The position numbers were made by a program, and so were the translations under genes. DNA of 64,000 nucleotides from Octopus sinensis (taxonomy: Eukaryota): the NCBI RefSeq assembly GCF_006345805.1, contig NW_021834001.1:1-64000 (forward strand), written 5' to 3'. Position 1 is the stretch's first letter, and each line of letters opens with the position of its first letter. Positions 12,255 to 24,440 of this stretch are shown here, in pieces. Under the pieces are notes generated by a model, which searched no databases, was not told the origin of the DNA, and worked only from the letters and a program-made list of their open reading frames with translations.

Positions 12255-12628
12255 TAGCAGTATCGCCCGGCGTTGCTCAGGTTTGTAAGGGAAATAACTA
12301 TAAAGCATTTTTAGAGAGTTATAACCAAAAAATAGCAAAAAAATGGAAAAAAATGATGGTAAATTTTTTTTGTTAAAAAAGGTGGAGTTGCGTCCCCTAG
12401 ACAGTTTGCGGTTTGTGTTTCTGATTCTCGACCCCATGTCGAATTTATCGATTTGTTTCAGAACTGGGGGAACTTTTCAAAATTTTCGCTGCGTTAGTCT
12501 TGAATTATGACATTGGGCTATGTGTGTGTCAAGTTTCATCAGAATCGGTTGAAAGCCGTGGTCAGGGTGAGGGTACAAGCAAACAGACACACAGAAACAC
12601 GCACAGACAAACTGCCGTTTATATAGAG

Positions 12629-12666
<38 letters not shown>

Positions 12667-12780
12667 CTGTCTGTCTGTCTGTCTGTCTGTGTGCCTGCGT
12701 TCGTGCATATTTGCGTTGGTCCTCCCACCATCGCTTGTCACCCGATGCTGGTGTGTTTACGTCCCCGTGACTTAGCCACA
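12031..12780 (+). mobile_element. SINE family A interrupted by a Helitron in its (TA)n, 3' truncated
   Basis: Head 12031-12195; the body resumes at ~12700 (ATCGCTTGTCACCCGATGCTGGTGTGTTTACGTCCCCG). Confidence 0.88.
12254..12629 (-). mobile_element. Non-autonomous Helitron-like element
   Basis: Minus strand starts A|TC and ends in GC-rich GAGCAACGCCGGGCG then CTAG|T. It is inserted between A and T of (TA)n and carries the AAGTTTCATCAGAATCGG and CAGAC-repeat motifs typical of Lep1-like Helitrons. Confidence 0.7.
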
Positions 12781-12834
12781 TTGGCACATTTAGGACATCC
12801 AGTCAGTACCGGTCGGATTGGTTTCAAATTTTAG

Positions 12835-13211
12835 CACAAACCCAACATTTTCGCGTAGGGAGTAACTCCATTACATCGACCCTAGTGCTTAACTGGCATG
12901 TACTTTATTGATTCCGAAGGTTGAAAGGTTAAATCGACTTCGGCGGAAATTGAACTCAGATCGTGAAGACGGAAGGAATATTAATAATAATAATCCTTTC
13001 TGTTAAAGGCACAAAGCCTGAAATTTGGTAGGAGGGGACTAGTCAATTACATCGACTTCGGTGTTTCACCGGTACTTAATTTATCGACCCCGAAAGAATG
13101 AAAAACAAAGTCGAACTTGGCAGAATTTGAACTCAGAACGTAGCGGCGTGTTAATGTTGGACGCATCGGCACAACGTAGCGGCATGTTAACGGTTCTGCC
13201 AGCTCACCGCT

Positions 13212-13274
<63 letters not shown>

Positions 13275-14192
13275 TAATAATAATAGGGGCTGATAGCTAC
13301 CTAACTCAGATACCGGAAACCCAAAAATGGCAGAAGTTCAAAAGATAGTGCTCATGGGAACTGCTCATATCCTACGCAAAATACTCTCTATGTAACCTCA
13401 AGGTTTAAAACAACCATAATTTTCGGTTTAAAAAAAAAAAAAAAACTTTTTTTTTTTTTTTTAGACATTCATTAGTACAACATCCCCACCCCCCAAATAT
13501 ATGGCACACTAGGCATAACAACAACATGAACTTCCAACCTGTTGTCTCTTGAGGTCTCTGGGTGAGACTTGTAGCCAACTTGTACAAATATAAAGCAAAA
13601 GTCAAACATAGAATAATAATAATAATAATAATCCTTCCTACTATAGGTACAAGGCCTGAAATTCTTGGGGAAGTCAATTACATCGAACCCAATACTCAAA
13701 TGCTACTTATTTCATCGACCCCGAAAAGATGAAAGGCAAAGTCGACCTCGGCGGAATTTGAACTCAGAACGTAAAGACGGACGAAATGCGAATTTTTTTG
13801 CCCGGCGTGCAAACGTTTCTGCCAGCTCGCCGCCTTAATAATAATAATAATAGTAATTATAAATAATAATGATAATAATAATCCTTTCTACTGGAAGCAC
13901 AAGCCTCATATTTGAGGGAGGGGATTAAGTTGATTATATCAACATCAGTGTGTAGCTGGTACTTATTTAATTGACCCCGAAAGGATAAAAGGCAAAGTCG
14001 ACCTCGGTAGAATTTGAACTCAGAACGTAGCGGCAGACGCCGCTACGTTCTGAGTTCAAAATCTGCCGAGGTCGACTTTGCCATTCATTCTTTCTGGGTC
14101 GATGAAATAAGTACGAGTTGAGTACTGGGGGGTAGATGTAATTGACTTACCTTTCCTCCAAAATTTCAAACCTTGTGCCTATAGTAGAGAGG

Positions 14193-14237
<45 letters not shown>
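12835..14237. mobile_element. Cluster of SINE family B copies (12835-12980 -, 12993-13211 -, 13633-13837 -, 13882-14038 -, 14039-14192 +) separated by (TAA)n
   Basis: Repeated GGCAAAGTCGACCTCGGCGGAATTTGAACTCAGAACGT (B-box-like GTTCAAATTCC on the sense strand); (ATT)n tails. Confidence 0.92.
13286..13611 (+). mobile_element. Young 5'-truncated R4/Dong-like LINE 3' end inside (TAA)n
   Basis: ADSYLTQI(P)GNPKMAEVQKIVLMGTAHILRKILSM* (one frameshift, stop 13393-95), then a 3'UTR ending in (AAT)n; (AAT)n on both flanks. Confidence 0.8.
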
Positions 14238-14239
<2 letters not shown>

Positions 14240-14249
<10 letters not shown>

Positions 14250-16960
14250 ACAATTTTGGACAACAGAAAAATACATTGAAGTATTACAAGCATACTATAA
14301 AGCAGCATTGTATTCAAAGATACAAGTATTGTAAAAAAAAGGCATATATGCTATAGAGAAAAAAACACGAAAAAAAAAGGGGAAATATTACAATAAATAC
14401 ACAAGCAAACTAGATTTGTAATAAACAATAACAAGATTCCTAAAATAGAAATAGACAAACTTATAGACAGAATACCCATTGATAATAAAAGATATCCAAC
14501 TATACAGAAAAATTGACATGCAATAAACAAAAGAAAAGCTTACAATAGTGCCCTGCATACACAAAACACGTAAGCCTCACAAAGGAAAGAAAGCAATATA
14601 ACTGAGGTGACCATACTTACAATAAGAGAGACCTCAAGACAAAGTGAATATACTACAGATCCCATCACGCAAGACAACAAACAAATCAGTACATCAAAGC
14701 AAAAATATAAATACAAAAGAAAAAATGAAGTAAAGCTAAAAGAAATAGAGAGAGGATGACCATAAAAGTCACCATAGAAACACTCAACAAAATACATAGC
14801 CACAACAAAAGTATATCCTCCACTCCACACATGTAACAACAAATAGAATAGAAACACACATCACAACAAAGTAACCAGAGTTAACGTTTGGGAGGCTCTA
14901 ACTGAAATAATAACGAAAATGGAAGAGAACATTATATAAAATCAATGACGAAGGTAAATGCTTTCCCAACTAGAAACCGAATAAGCAGCTTCTCTGAAAG
15001 AATAATTAAATATAATAGGACATTGCAAGATATTATGTTCACAGCAACAAACCGTCGGAATATTGATAGACTGAATAATCTAATCTATTCAATAGCCTTG
15101 ATAGTGTTGAGGGAACTCGAGATTGATCCTCACTGAAATATGAATAAAAGCACAGTCAAGTCCTATCCAAACGGAAGGAAATTTGTGATACATAGAATTG
15201 AGAAAAATAGCAGGTCCTATATCCTTAGTAAAATGCTAACAGAGACATCCAGCATGAAAAAGGACAAAAAAAATTATGATCCTAACAATAAATTCGTACA
15301 ATATCTATTTCTTTACCACCCACAAGGAGCTAAATACAGAGGGGACAAACAAGGACAGACAAACGGATTTAGTCGATTACATCGACCCCAGTGCGTAACT
15401 GGTACTTAATTTATCGACCCCGAAACGATGAAAGGCAAAGTCGACCTCCGCGGAATTTGAACTCAGAACGTAACGGCAGACGAAATACGGCTACGCATTT
15501 CACCCGGCGTGCTAACGTTTCTGTCAGCTCGCCGCCTTAAATTCGTACAATATCAATTAAGAGGAAGACACAACAGATGCAGATTAGAAAGATGTGCATA
15601 AACTACAGGAGGAAAGAGCAAATTAACTAGAAAAGCAACTATAAAATTAGACATAACACAACTAAGCGAATTTGATGAAATTTGACAATTAGATGAAAGC
15701 CACCGACTCAAATATTTAGAAAAGGATAACTCTGAAAATATACAATGCACTGAAATGAAGGATGTTATTAAAAAATATTACAGAAGAATTCAATAACATA
15801 TACTTCAAATTTCGGCCGGAACTTATTTTATCGGCCCCGAAGGATGAATTTGACGAAATGCCACTAAGCATTTCGTGCGGCATGCTTAAGGTTCTGGCCG
15901 CTCGCCGCCTTAAGACGTCGATTGATATTAACAATTGAATTTAATATTCGAATATAACACATTACGGTATAGCCCAACATCCAAAATGGTAGTCATATGG
16001 CCCTTGAGGTTACATTTACGATTTTGTTGTTAAAATTTATGCACAATAAATAGCTTATACTTCTACAATACACAAAATTTGTTAAAAATTGTTTAAATAC
16101 AATTCTTAGTAATATTTAATTATAAAAATATAATAGGAGTTTTTGATCATCCAATGGCTATGAGGGTCCAACAGAGTAAAATAGGAATCAAACCATAGGA
16201 AATGATGGTTGTGAATCACTGATCCAAAGTATTAAGTGGGAATTAAGTATAAAGGACTGAAAGTTAAGTGAAAAGGAGATCTTAGAAAAACATGTCAGGC
16301 AACTACTGACTGCGTTGCAAAATCACTAAACTAAAAGTGATGTAAATAGAATGCACTCGGAGTACAAGAAAAGCAGTGTCTGATACAAACGAATTGCTAC
16401 TACAAATTAGCAAGGTATACTGAGCATCAAGCAAAGAGAAAGTGTCAAATATAAGTTAACATACATATGCAAAAAAAACTTTTCTTTATTAGAAACAAGG
16501 AAACGATAAAGTACAGATCGGGTACTAACTGCACTAAAATAACAGGAGTGACAAAGCAACGTGAAAGGCTACAAAGTAAAAGACAAATTAAAAACAGGAT
16601 TCCAAAATCTACTGAAGAAAAAAACGAAGAGAAAAATCTCTTCTTAGCCATTATCTTGAATAACTCCATACACAGGAAGTACGCTAAAGTAAAAGCAAGC
16701 AATGACTGCTAGCACTTTCAGAGGAAAGTAGAAACATAAGGTTTGATTATTGCTTCCAAACATCAGTGCTTAGCTACAACTCTAAAAGAAAATAGAAAAT
16801 GAAATAGTTAAGAAAATGCTAAAATCAAGCTTAAACTATGCAACTACTGCAAAGAGAGGATTGAGCAGATCATCTCTGCTTTCCAACATATTGCAAGTGT
16901 GTGTATATTCATAGAGACAATAGAGTAAGTAGTTATGTCCACTGGGTGATATGACAACAC
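14240..16960 (+). mobile_element. Decayed R4/Dong-like non-LTR retrotransposon (copy 2) with SINE insertions
   Basis: FWTTEKYIEVLQAYYKA (N-terminus), LDESHRLKYLE..EMKDVIKKYY (~15690), ET*GLIIASKHQCLAT (~16730), CNYCKERIEQIIS..YIHRDNRV (decayed CCHC, ~16840-16925). Confidence 0.75.
15306..15537 (-). mobile_element. SINE family B, full length, with 17-bp TSD
   Basis: TAAATTCGTACAATATC at 15289-15305 and 15538-15554. Confidence 0.93.
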
Positions 16961-17452
16961 TTTTAGTGAAAATAAACAATTAATTAAACCATATATAAAA
17001 AAAAACACTGTATCAAGAGCCATTTGAACATAATCACCTAAAAATGCTTGTTTAAACTGAGATCAACGAAAAGCGTTCTGATATAATGATGAGCGAGTAG
17101 AATGAAAATACATAGACTCTGATAGACATAGCGATCTGCTCTGATCGGAGCGTTGCTCAAAGAAGTTGGAGACACTAAGATACACAAATCTTGAAACTGA
17201 AGCGAACAGATTGTGGAATATGAAAAGAAAAGTTACCGATAATACTTCGAGTAGTAAGTATGATGAAAATATACAAACAGAAACATAATAGGCGTGGCTG
17301 GGTGGTAAGAAAAATTTGCTTTGCTTCCGAATCACACGGTTCTGGGGTCGGTCCCACTGTGTGGCACCTTGGGAAAGTATCTTCTAGTATAATCTCGAGC
17401 CTAACAAGACCTTATAAGTGGATTTGGTAGACAGAAACCAAAAGAAGCTTGT

Positions 17453-17498
<46 letters not shown>

Positions 17499-17501
<3 letters not shown>

Positions 17502-17896
17502 GTTATCGCCATACTAATATGGCATTCTTATAAAAATAAGAATAAAGCTGTCTGCTTATTAGCTCCATGAGGCCATCGCCTTAAGTTAGCTATTTGATAC
17601 ACAAACTGTATCCATATAACCTTCGAACAAGGGAGGTCAGTCGCTTCACACTACTTGACCGGCAGCTACAGACGCGTTTCGGGGTATTGGCCCTTTTCAA
17701 TGCAGCGTAGCCAGCCAGTAGGTGTCGCTTCCGACAATCTCTGTTCGATGGTTTTATTTACCTAGTTTCGGTGGAATACATCCACTTGTTTTCAATAATA
17801 GAAATATTAAAATTACTAAGTCTCTCTAACTATTATTTTCCGGGAACGCTGCCGCTGTTCTCTTTTAGAGAGACTTAGTAATTTTAATATTTCTAT

Positions 17897-17899
<3 letters not shown>
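17499..17899 (-). mobile_element. About 400-bp non-coding hammerhead-bearing element with terminal foldback, in (TA)n
   Basis: Perfect 35-bp inverted repeat 17795-17829 / 17865-17899; hammerhead at 17665-17706; (TA)n flanks. Confidence 0.75.
17665..17706 (-). ncRNA. Minimal type-I hammerhead ribozyme with U3-A8 covariation
   Basis: Minus strand reads GCTGCA TTGAAAA GGG CCAATAC CCC GAAAC GC GTC TGTAGC: stem I 6 bp, stem II 3 bp with G10.1-C11.1, palindromic ACGCGT, GUC triplet. Confidence 0.78.
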
Positions 17900-17928
<29 letters not shown>

Positions 17929-18329
17929 ATATATGTGTGTGTGTGTGGTGTGTGTGAGCATGTGTGTGTGTGTGTGTATGTGAGTGTGTGTGTGTGTGTG
18001 TGTATGTGTAGTTATGTATGTATGTGTGTGTCTTTGTCTGACTTGGTCACCTACCACCACTAGACTGAGCAGTTCGGTAAACGATACTGATAGAATAAGT
18101 ACCAGTCTTTACAAAAGAAAAGAATAATAAGTAATGGAGTAGATTCGTCCGACTAAAACTAATGACTGAAACAAGTAAAAAATAAAAGAATAAAATACCA
18201 ACCATAATCTGTCTCGCAAGTTTATATCTACTCCAAATATAGCTCAGATAAATGTAGTTGACATCTACACAAGTTTCTTTCAATTCAATAGAATAATTGA
18301 AACTCTCAACACAGCACATCCCATATGCA

Positions 18330-19600
18330 ATATTGATCCCATAAAATATTCACTACTTTATCAACACAGTAAAAAAACTCCAAATCTGCTGCCGGCTTTG
18401 CATCCAACTCCACATTACACACACCCATGTACCAAATTTCCTTCAATTCTTTCTCATTGCACTCCATCACGTTCCCTCATATTGCATAAATACTCATCAA
18501 TGTGAAAATACATCTAGTTGCTTCAACCCACCAGTGCCAACGGCCCTGACATTTCTTTCAAATTACTATCAAATATTGCGCCTCATAGCTTGCTGTTATA
18601 CTCATAACACTTTTCAATCTCTCACTCACTTTAAGATATGCCCTGTTATCATATTTCCCATTTACCAGGCTAACCTTGCAAATTATCGTCTCATTTGGCT
18701 CCCAGTATATGAAACGACTTCCTTAAACCACAACCTTCTCTGACTCCTTGAAACTCTCTCTCTGTTTTTCCCTCTTCTTAACGACTACCTGTACATTTTT
18801 CGTAGAACCAGATCTATTGGAGATCAACTACCTTGTACTATTAACTAAGTGGAACATCATGTTAGAGGTTTCAGTGAAAGAAAATTTATCATCAGTAAAG
18901 CTTTCGACTGTGTTTGTCTTGCTAATCTGTCGACAGTTCCTGACCCTGAACTCCATCTGGCTATCACTTTCAATCATATAGGGTCGAACTGAAACATGGC
19001 TCTCACACCTGGAACGGTGCTGCCTTTGTTTATATTCAGACATCTTAAAGCACACCCAGAAAAATTCTACCCAATTGATTGGTATAACTCACTCACAGAC
19101 ACATTCAAAACTTTGGTCAACAGGCATCATACTTTTCTCCCTATCTTTTCTATCGTAACCATAATGGCTTCTATTCCATGGCCGTAGTTGGTCTTATGTC
19201 TCTTACTACCAGGCACTCTCAAACATCTGTATCCCATACCGTTATTACTCTTTTTATATGCCCAACCCTTTAGCCCTGCAGACACAAATTCACTAAATCC
19301 TTCCTTTGAGAATATCCCCACATCGGAAATCTTCTTCTAATATTGTTTTTGCAGTTATTAATTTTCAGTTTTTTAAGCAGAACATTAACAACATTATTCG
19401 ATTCGCACCGGTAACAGAGAACTGCGATGGCCTGGGGCATTTAATTTTACTTCAGACAATGCAATCACAATATGAACATAAGCAATACACTACTCTATAG
19501 CACCAACAACTTAACACCGTTTACATTCTGCATACGCAGCCAAGTAATGCCACACAGAATATAAAGCTCTTATTCTACATATTCACAGCACTATATGGAA
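18330..19600 (+). mobile_element. Decayed CR1/L2-like LINE reverse transcriptase
   Basis: ANYRLIWLP (~18680, cf. NYRPISL), SKAFDCV (~18895), PGTVLPLFIF (~19010, cf. PQGSVLGPLLF); many stops. Confidence 0.6.
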
Positions 19601-19877
19601 ATACTTAACACCAGTCACAATTCATCAACAAAACAGAATACGTCTCATATTGTACAAACTCTACACGGCTGAAGAAACACTAAATTATACACCATAAACA
19701 ATAAGCCAATGATATGGACATAAACATACAGAACATAACAAAGTATTGATATAGTGTATCTAAACAAACCTACAACCCTAAAAAATGAAAATGATAATGC
19801 ACATACTTCAAGAACATGGAGGTGCATTTGGTGATGCATTAGAAACTCTCGCAAAACTGCTAAAATTATAATTTTGG

Positions 19878-20255
19878 CACAAGGCCATTAACTTTAAGGG
19901 GCAGGGGTTTAGTCGATTTACATTGACTCCATTCAAAAGGAATGAAAGGAAAAATTTACATTAGCAGAATTTGAATTCAGAACGTAACAAATGGTAAGAA
20001 ATACTACTTCGCATTTTGTTCGACGCCTTATCTGCTGAAACAACCTCCCTATTATAGGCACAAAGCCTGAAACTTTGGGGGAGGAGGCTAGTCGATTCCA
20101 TCAACCTCAATACTCAACTAGTACTTATTTTATCGACCCCGAAAGGATGGAAGCGAAAGTCGGCCTCAACGGAATTTGAACTTAGAACGTAAAGGTGGAC
20201 AAAGTGCCACAAACGTTTTCCCCGGCGTGTTAACGATTCTACCAACACACCGCTT
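19878..20255 (-). mobile_element. Two tandem degenerate SINE B copies
   Basis: GGCACAAGGCC...GAATTTGAATTCAGAACGT and GGCACAAAGCCTGAAA...GAATTTGAACTTAGAACGT. Confidence 0.8.
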
Positions 20256-21299
20256 TAAATACTGAAATGATAATGATTTATTTTTGTCATTGATTTATTC
20301 ATTGTACTAAATAACTTCTATTTGGTCTCTTATGTATAGATTAAATTAGTGCAAAATGAAAGTAAACCATATAAAATAGAACCGATTCTTTACTGGATGA
20401 AAGTATATACAGATTAAAAGATAAGGTATTTTTGAAAAAATAATACAATGTGATTTTGGTGTTAATCATTTCTGTTTCCTCAACCATAAACATTCCATCA
20501 CAGAGAGGCACAAAGTACAAACAGCTTATGGAATTACAGGCGCAAATACGTACGGAAGATATAGACACACTCCTGTCACATTCACGGATATTTGCACAGC
20601 AAACACTTGCAGACGATTCACAACAAGAAGTGAAACACCGAATGTAGAATACACGGCTTCCTGAGTCCTCAGAACGTTCAGGTTGTCAAGACATTGATTT
20701 CCAATAATAAAGTATTTTGAAATCAATACCGATATCATGTTAAAATGTGTGATAGTAGCGTGAAGGTGGAGTGGGGAAAAATAGAAGCAGAATAATAATA
20801 TCAGAACAACGAAATTAACAACTGCAGCTATATGAACACCAATAACAACAATAACACCAAAACGTGAGCAAAATCAGAATTTGAACGAAAAGTGGTCGTC
20901 CAGTTTAAATAAGATAAGAAGCGGAAACATCAAAGTCAAAGTCAGTCAATGAAACTTTTGTGTAATCAGATTATTAGTCATGTGATGAGAACCGAAGAGG
21001 CATTCCATTAAACTAAAACTATTAATTTCATTTTTAACTCTACCGGAATGGTTTTATGAGTTCTCTGACCTAGATAGATATTTCTGGAGGCTTCTGTGGA
21101 CAAGTGATGGAAATTTCTGATTGAACTGATAATGCTGTGTTGGTAACTGTGTTCACAGTTGCGTGAAGGCATTCACTGATGTAGTTTTTGTTGTAAGCGG
21201 TTTTATACAACAGAAATAGATTAAATATTGTATCATGACAACCTTGAGATGTTGCAGGTTTATTTCTTTCCTTTCCCGTTCTTGTTTTTACAGCAATAC

Positions 21300-21850
21300 A
21301 GTTTAGTGTAGCAAAAGAAAAGTAGAAGTCTGCAGTAGGCTACAATATAAAATATTATTCAAACAGTTCGTTGCTTACTGTTATGTAGAACTCAAGTGTT
21401 TCCATTTACCAAAATGTAGAACAAGTTATTGTTCCAGAAAATGATGATTGGAAAAATGTTTGTTGTCGCTGTTATTGTTTAGCTCTAGGATAGCTTTGAG
21501 TATACAGTCGAGGAAATTCGTACCAATCATGTCCATCGTCTCTCTCTTTTTTTTTCAAGCGTAATGCATCGACGTTCAAATTATAAGATGTGTGTTCCCG
21601 TATTATTAAGATGTTACGATGATGTATGACGGAGATTTTGATTATCAGTTGAAGCAAATCGAACGACAAAATGCAACCTCTTTTATATAGGTAGCCTCGA
21701 AAAAAAAGTTCATTGCAAATGAGATACACAGTTAGAAAAATAAACTTTTTGCATCTGGCAGAATCTAGGCAAACAATTCCAAGTAAAAGGTTGCATGATA
21801 CGCCATATATATACGTTTCTCAAACTATGACAAAGATCGTCTTTACTTAA
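21300..21850 (+). mobile_element. Possible highly decayed piggyBac-like transposase fragment
   Basis: SRQTIPSKR (~21765, cf. FRQYIPSKP) and VMHRRS (~21560, cf. VMSRNRF) in the expected order; heavily disrupted. Confidence 0.3.
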
Positions 21851-21875
21851 AGCGCGTGAACAACACTAAAATGGT

Positions 21876-21965
21876 TAAGTGCCTTCTACTATAGCCTCGG
21901 GCCGACCAAAGCCTTGTGAGTGGATTTGGTAGACGGAAACTGAAAGAAGCCCGTCGTATATATGC

Positions 21966-21999
<34 letters not shown>

Positions 22000-22213
22000 A
22001 TATGCTTGTGTGCCTGTGTTTGTCCCCCCCCCCAGCATTGCTTGACGACCGATACTGGTGTGTTTACGCCCCCGTAACTTAGCGGTTCGGCAAAAGAGAC
22101 CGATAAAATAAGTACTAGGCTTACAAAGAATAAATCCTGGGGTCGATTTGCTCGACTAAAGGCGGTGCTCCAGCATGGCCACAGTCAAATGACTGAAACA
22201 AGTAAAAGAGTAA
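21876..22213 (+). mobile_element. SINE family A, 5' truncated, young
   Basis: Near-consensus body and tail GGCGGTGCTCCAGCATGGCCACAGTCAAATGACTGAAACAAGTAAAAGAG. Confidence 0.93.
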
Positions 22214-23139
22214 GACAATTGCTTTTGTTGTTTAGCCCTTGGTCAGCCCTGGTCGATCAGACTTATCATCAATAGCATTCCATTTCTGATCATACCCTTT
22301 TTTTATTATACATAGAGAATCTTCACCTTCATTACCTAATTCTCCTTTTCTAAAACAGCGCAGAACAATTTGATGGAGATTTAACTGCTTTTCCTTGCAA
22401 GTCTAGCAACCACGTATAATCTCTCCCATTGGCTCGTTTCAGACAGGAGAATATGTAAATGTATGGAGTAGAAAACCAACGATATTCACTCCATCTCATT
22501 AGTTGATACTTTCAGATTCTAGCTTCCTCTCCTCTCTCTCTTTCACTCCTACATATCTCCCTCTCCCCTTCCTCTCTCTCTTCCTCCTCCTTCCTCTCTC
22601 TCTTCCTCCTCCTCCCTCTCCTTAATAACTTCTTACTTCTATTTTCGCAGCATGTCTCCCCACTCAGCTGTTATACTTACACATATACTATTTCTCTCAC
22701 CTCTTTCCTCATCGTGAAAGTTAATATATAGTTTCTCATGTGACCACATAGCATAGACACATCTAGTGACAATTTCTTCACCAACGATATCCAGTTCTTC
22801 GTTTGATGTTCCAGGTGAAATTAAATAAAGGACATTATAAAACAGTTAACTCTTAACACTAAAACGCTTTTTCTCGTCTTTCTTTTTCCAGTTTCTGTCT
22901 TTCATTCACGCATTCAGTATTTTTCCATCACATTTTTTCTCTTCTCTTTCTCTCATTTCTCTATAATATACATACGTACATGCATACGTGCTACACACGC
23001 GCGCGCTATATCATATGTAAGTATGTTTGTATGTATGCAGTTAGACACCCACTCACACCCACACACATATGTAATTGTATAATTACATATGCACATACGT
23101 GTGCGTGTGTATATATACACATATTGTATTGCGTATTTA

Positions 23140-23173
<34 letters not shown>

Positions 23174-23240
23174 TATATATGCATATATATGTGTGTGTAC
23201 ATGTGAGTGCATATATATATAATTTCTATTGCCTATATAG

Positions 23241-23274
<34 letters not shown>

Positions 23275-23937
23275 ATATACATACACATTCACACACATAT
23301 ATACGTGTACACATAGGTACAGCCACGACCACATACATATACACATATATTGTCTATGTGTGTATACGTATGCGTATATGCTCGTGCACGTGTGTGCCTG
23401 TGTGTAATATGCATAAACAGCGGATGCATTGCTATATTTAATGGCTTTTGAGATTTAAAGAAACATCAAACACGCACACATACACGCATACACACCACAC
23501 GATGTATGCATGGAAAAGAAAAATATGTGTATATACCTTCTTTTTAACGATTCCTATCGGTGATCAATCCATTGAACATCAAACGTAATTTTACTAGTAA
23601 CTAGTTTGCAATTTAAATAACTAGGAACCAACGAAACGTCAAAGATTACCAGTTAGTCGAAGTTTTACTATAAACTCACTGCAGATCGAACACGGGCATA
23701 TAATAGTAAATTCATATTGATCATATTTGAAACACACATCTTCAAATGTTGTATATTTTAAGCTTTCCAATGATATATATATATAAATTCAATTTTTTTT
23801 TTTTTTTTTTTGTGGTTTCGCAAATGGTCTCGAATCAAATCAATAACGACAATGGATATGCAGATGTTGTTCGCAGAATGTAGATTCTATTGAACTATTT
23901 TTCGGGAGTGAAGTCGAATTTCATGTCAAAGAAAAGT

Positions 23938-24440
23938 GGGCGCAGGCAGGGTTGTGTGGTTAAGAAGCCTGTTTTTCCTCCATCTCGTGGTTACGGGTTC
24001 AGTTTCCTGATTGCGCGGCGCCTTGGATAAGTGATTCTACTACATCCTAGACTGACCAATACCTTCTTAATGGTCTCGATGGAGGAAAGCTGTGTGGGAG
24101 CCGTCGTGTTTAGATCCATACATACCTACATACATACATGTTCTGAAAAAACTGCACCTGTTTTATTGTAGGGCTGCAATTGCAACGGTTACTAATCGGT
24201 GCGATTGAAACGTTGGCCTATGTAAGGTGGTATATAAATTAAAGAATTAAAGGTAATACTGTGCAGCTTCGTAGTAATCCTTACACATACACACACACAC
24301 ACGTACACACACACACGCACATGTATATATATAGGGGATTGTTTATAGCCCTGTAATTTAGCGGTTGAGTAAAAGAGATTTAGAATAAGTACCAGTCATA
24401 AAAGAAGAAGAAACATAAATACATGGTGATCGATGTCTGT
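23938..24440 (+). mobile_element. Degenerate SINE family A
   Basis: Head GCGCAGGCAGGGTTGTGTGGTTAAG...CCTTGGATAAGTG; tail remnants GCCCTGTAATTTAGCGG, AGAATAAGTACCAG. Confidence 0.6.

Larger units (their letters stand above)
17289..18195 (+). mobile_element. Older SINE family A copy interrupted by a hammerhead-bearing element
   Basis: Head 17289-17455, (TA)n, insert 17499-17899, (TG)n, degenerate tail ending GACTGAAACAAGTAAAA. Confidence 0.8.

Noticed and set aside
17751-17800. Second hammerhead-like fold (-): stems TTATT/AATAA and GTGGA/TCCAC, GAAAC-TAG-GTA
   Set aside because: When stem I is formed the 7-nt core reads GAAAACA, not CUGANGA; at best a dead relic.
20450-20738. Overlapping short ORFs on both strands (65-75 aa), one Cys-rich
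   Set aside because: No recognisable domain, an in-frame stop interrupts the + frame, and splice signals are weak.
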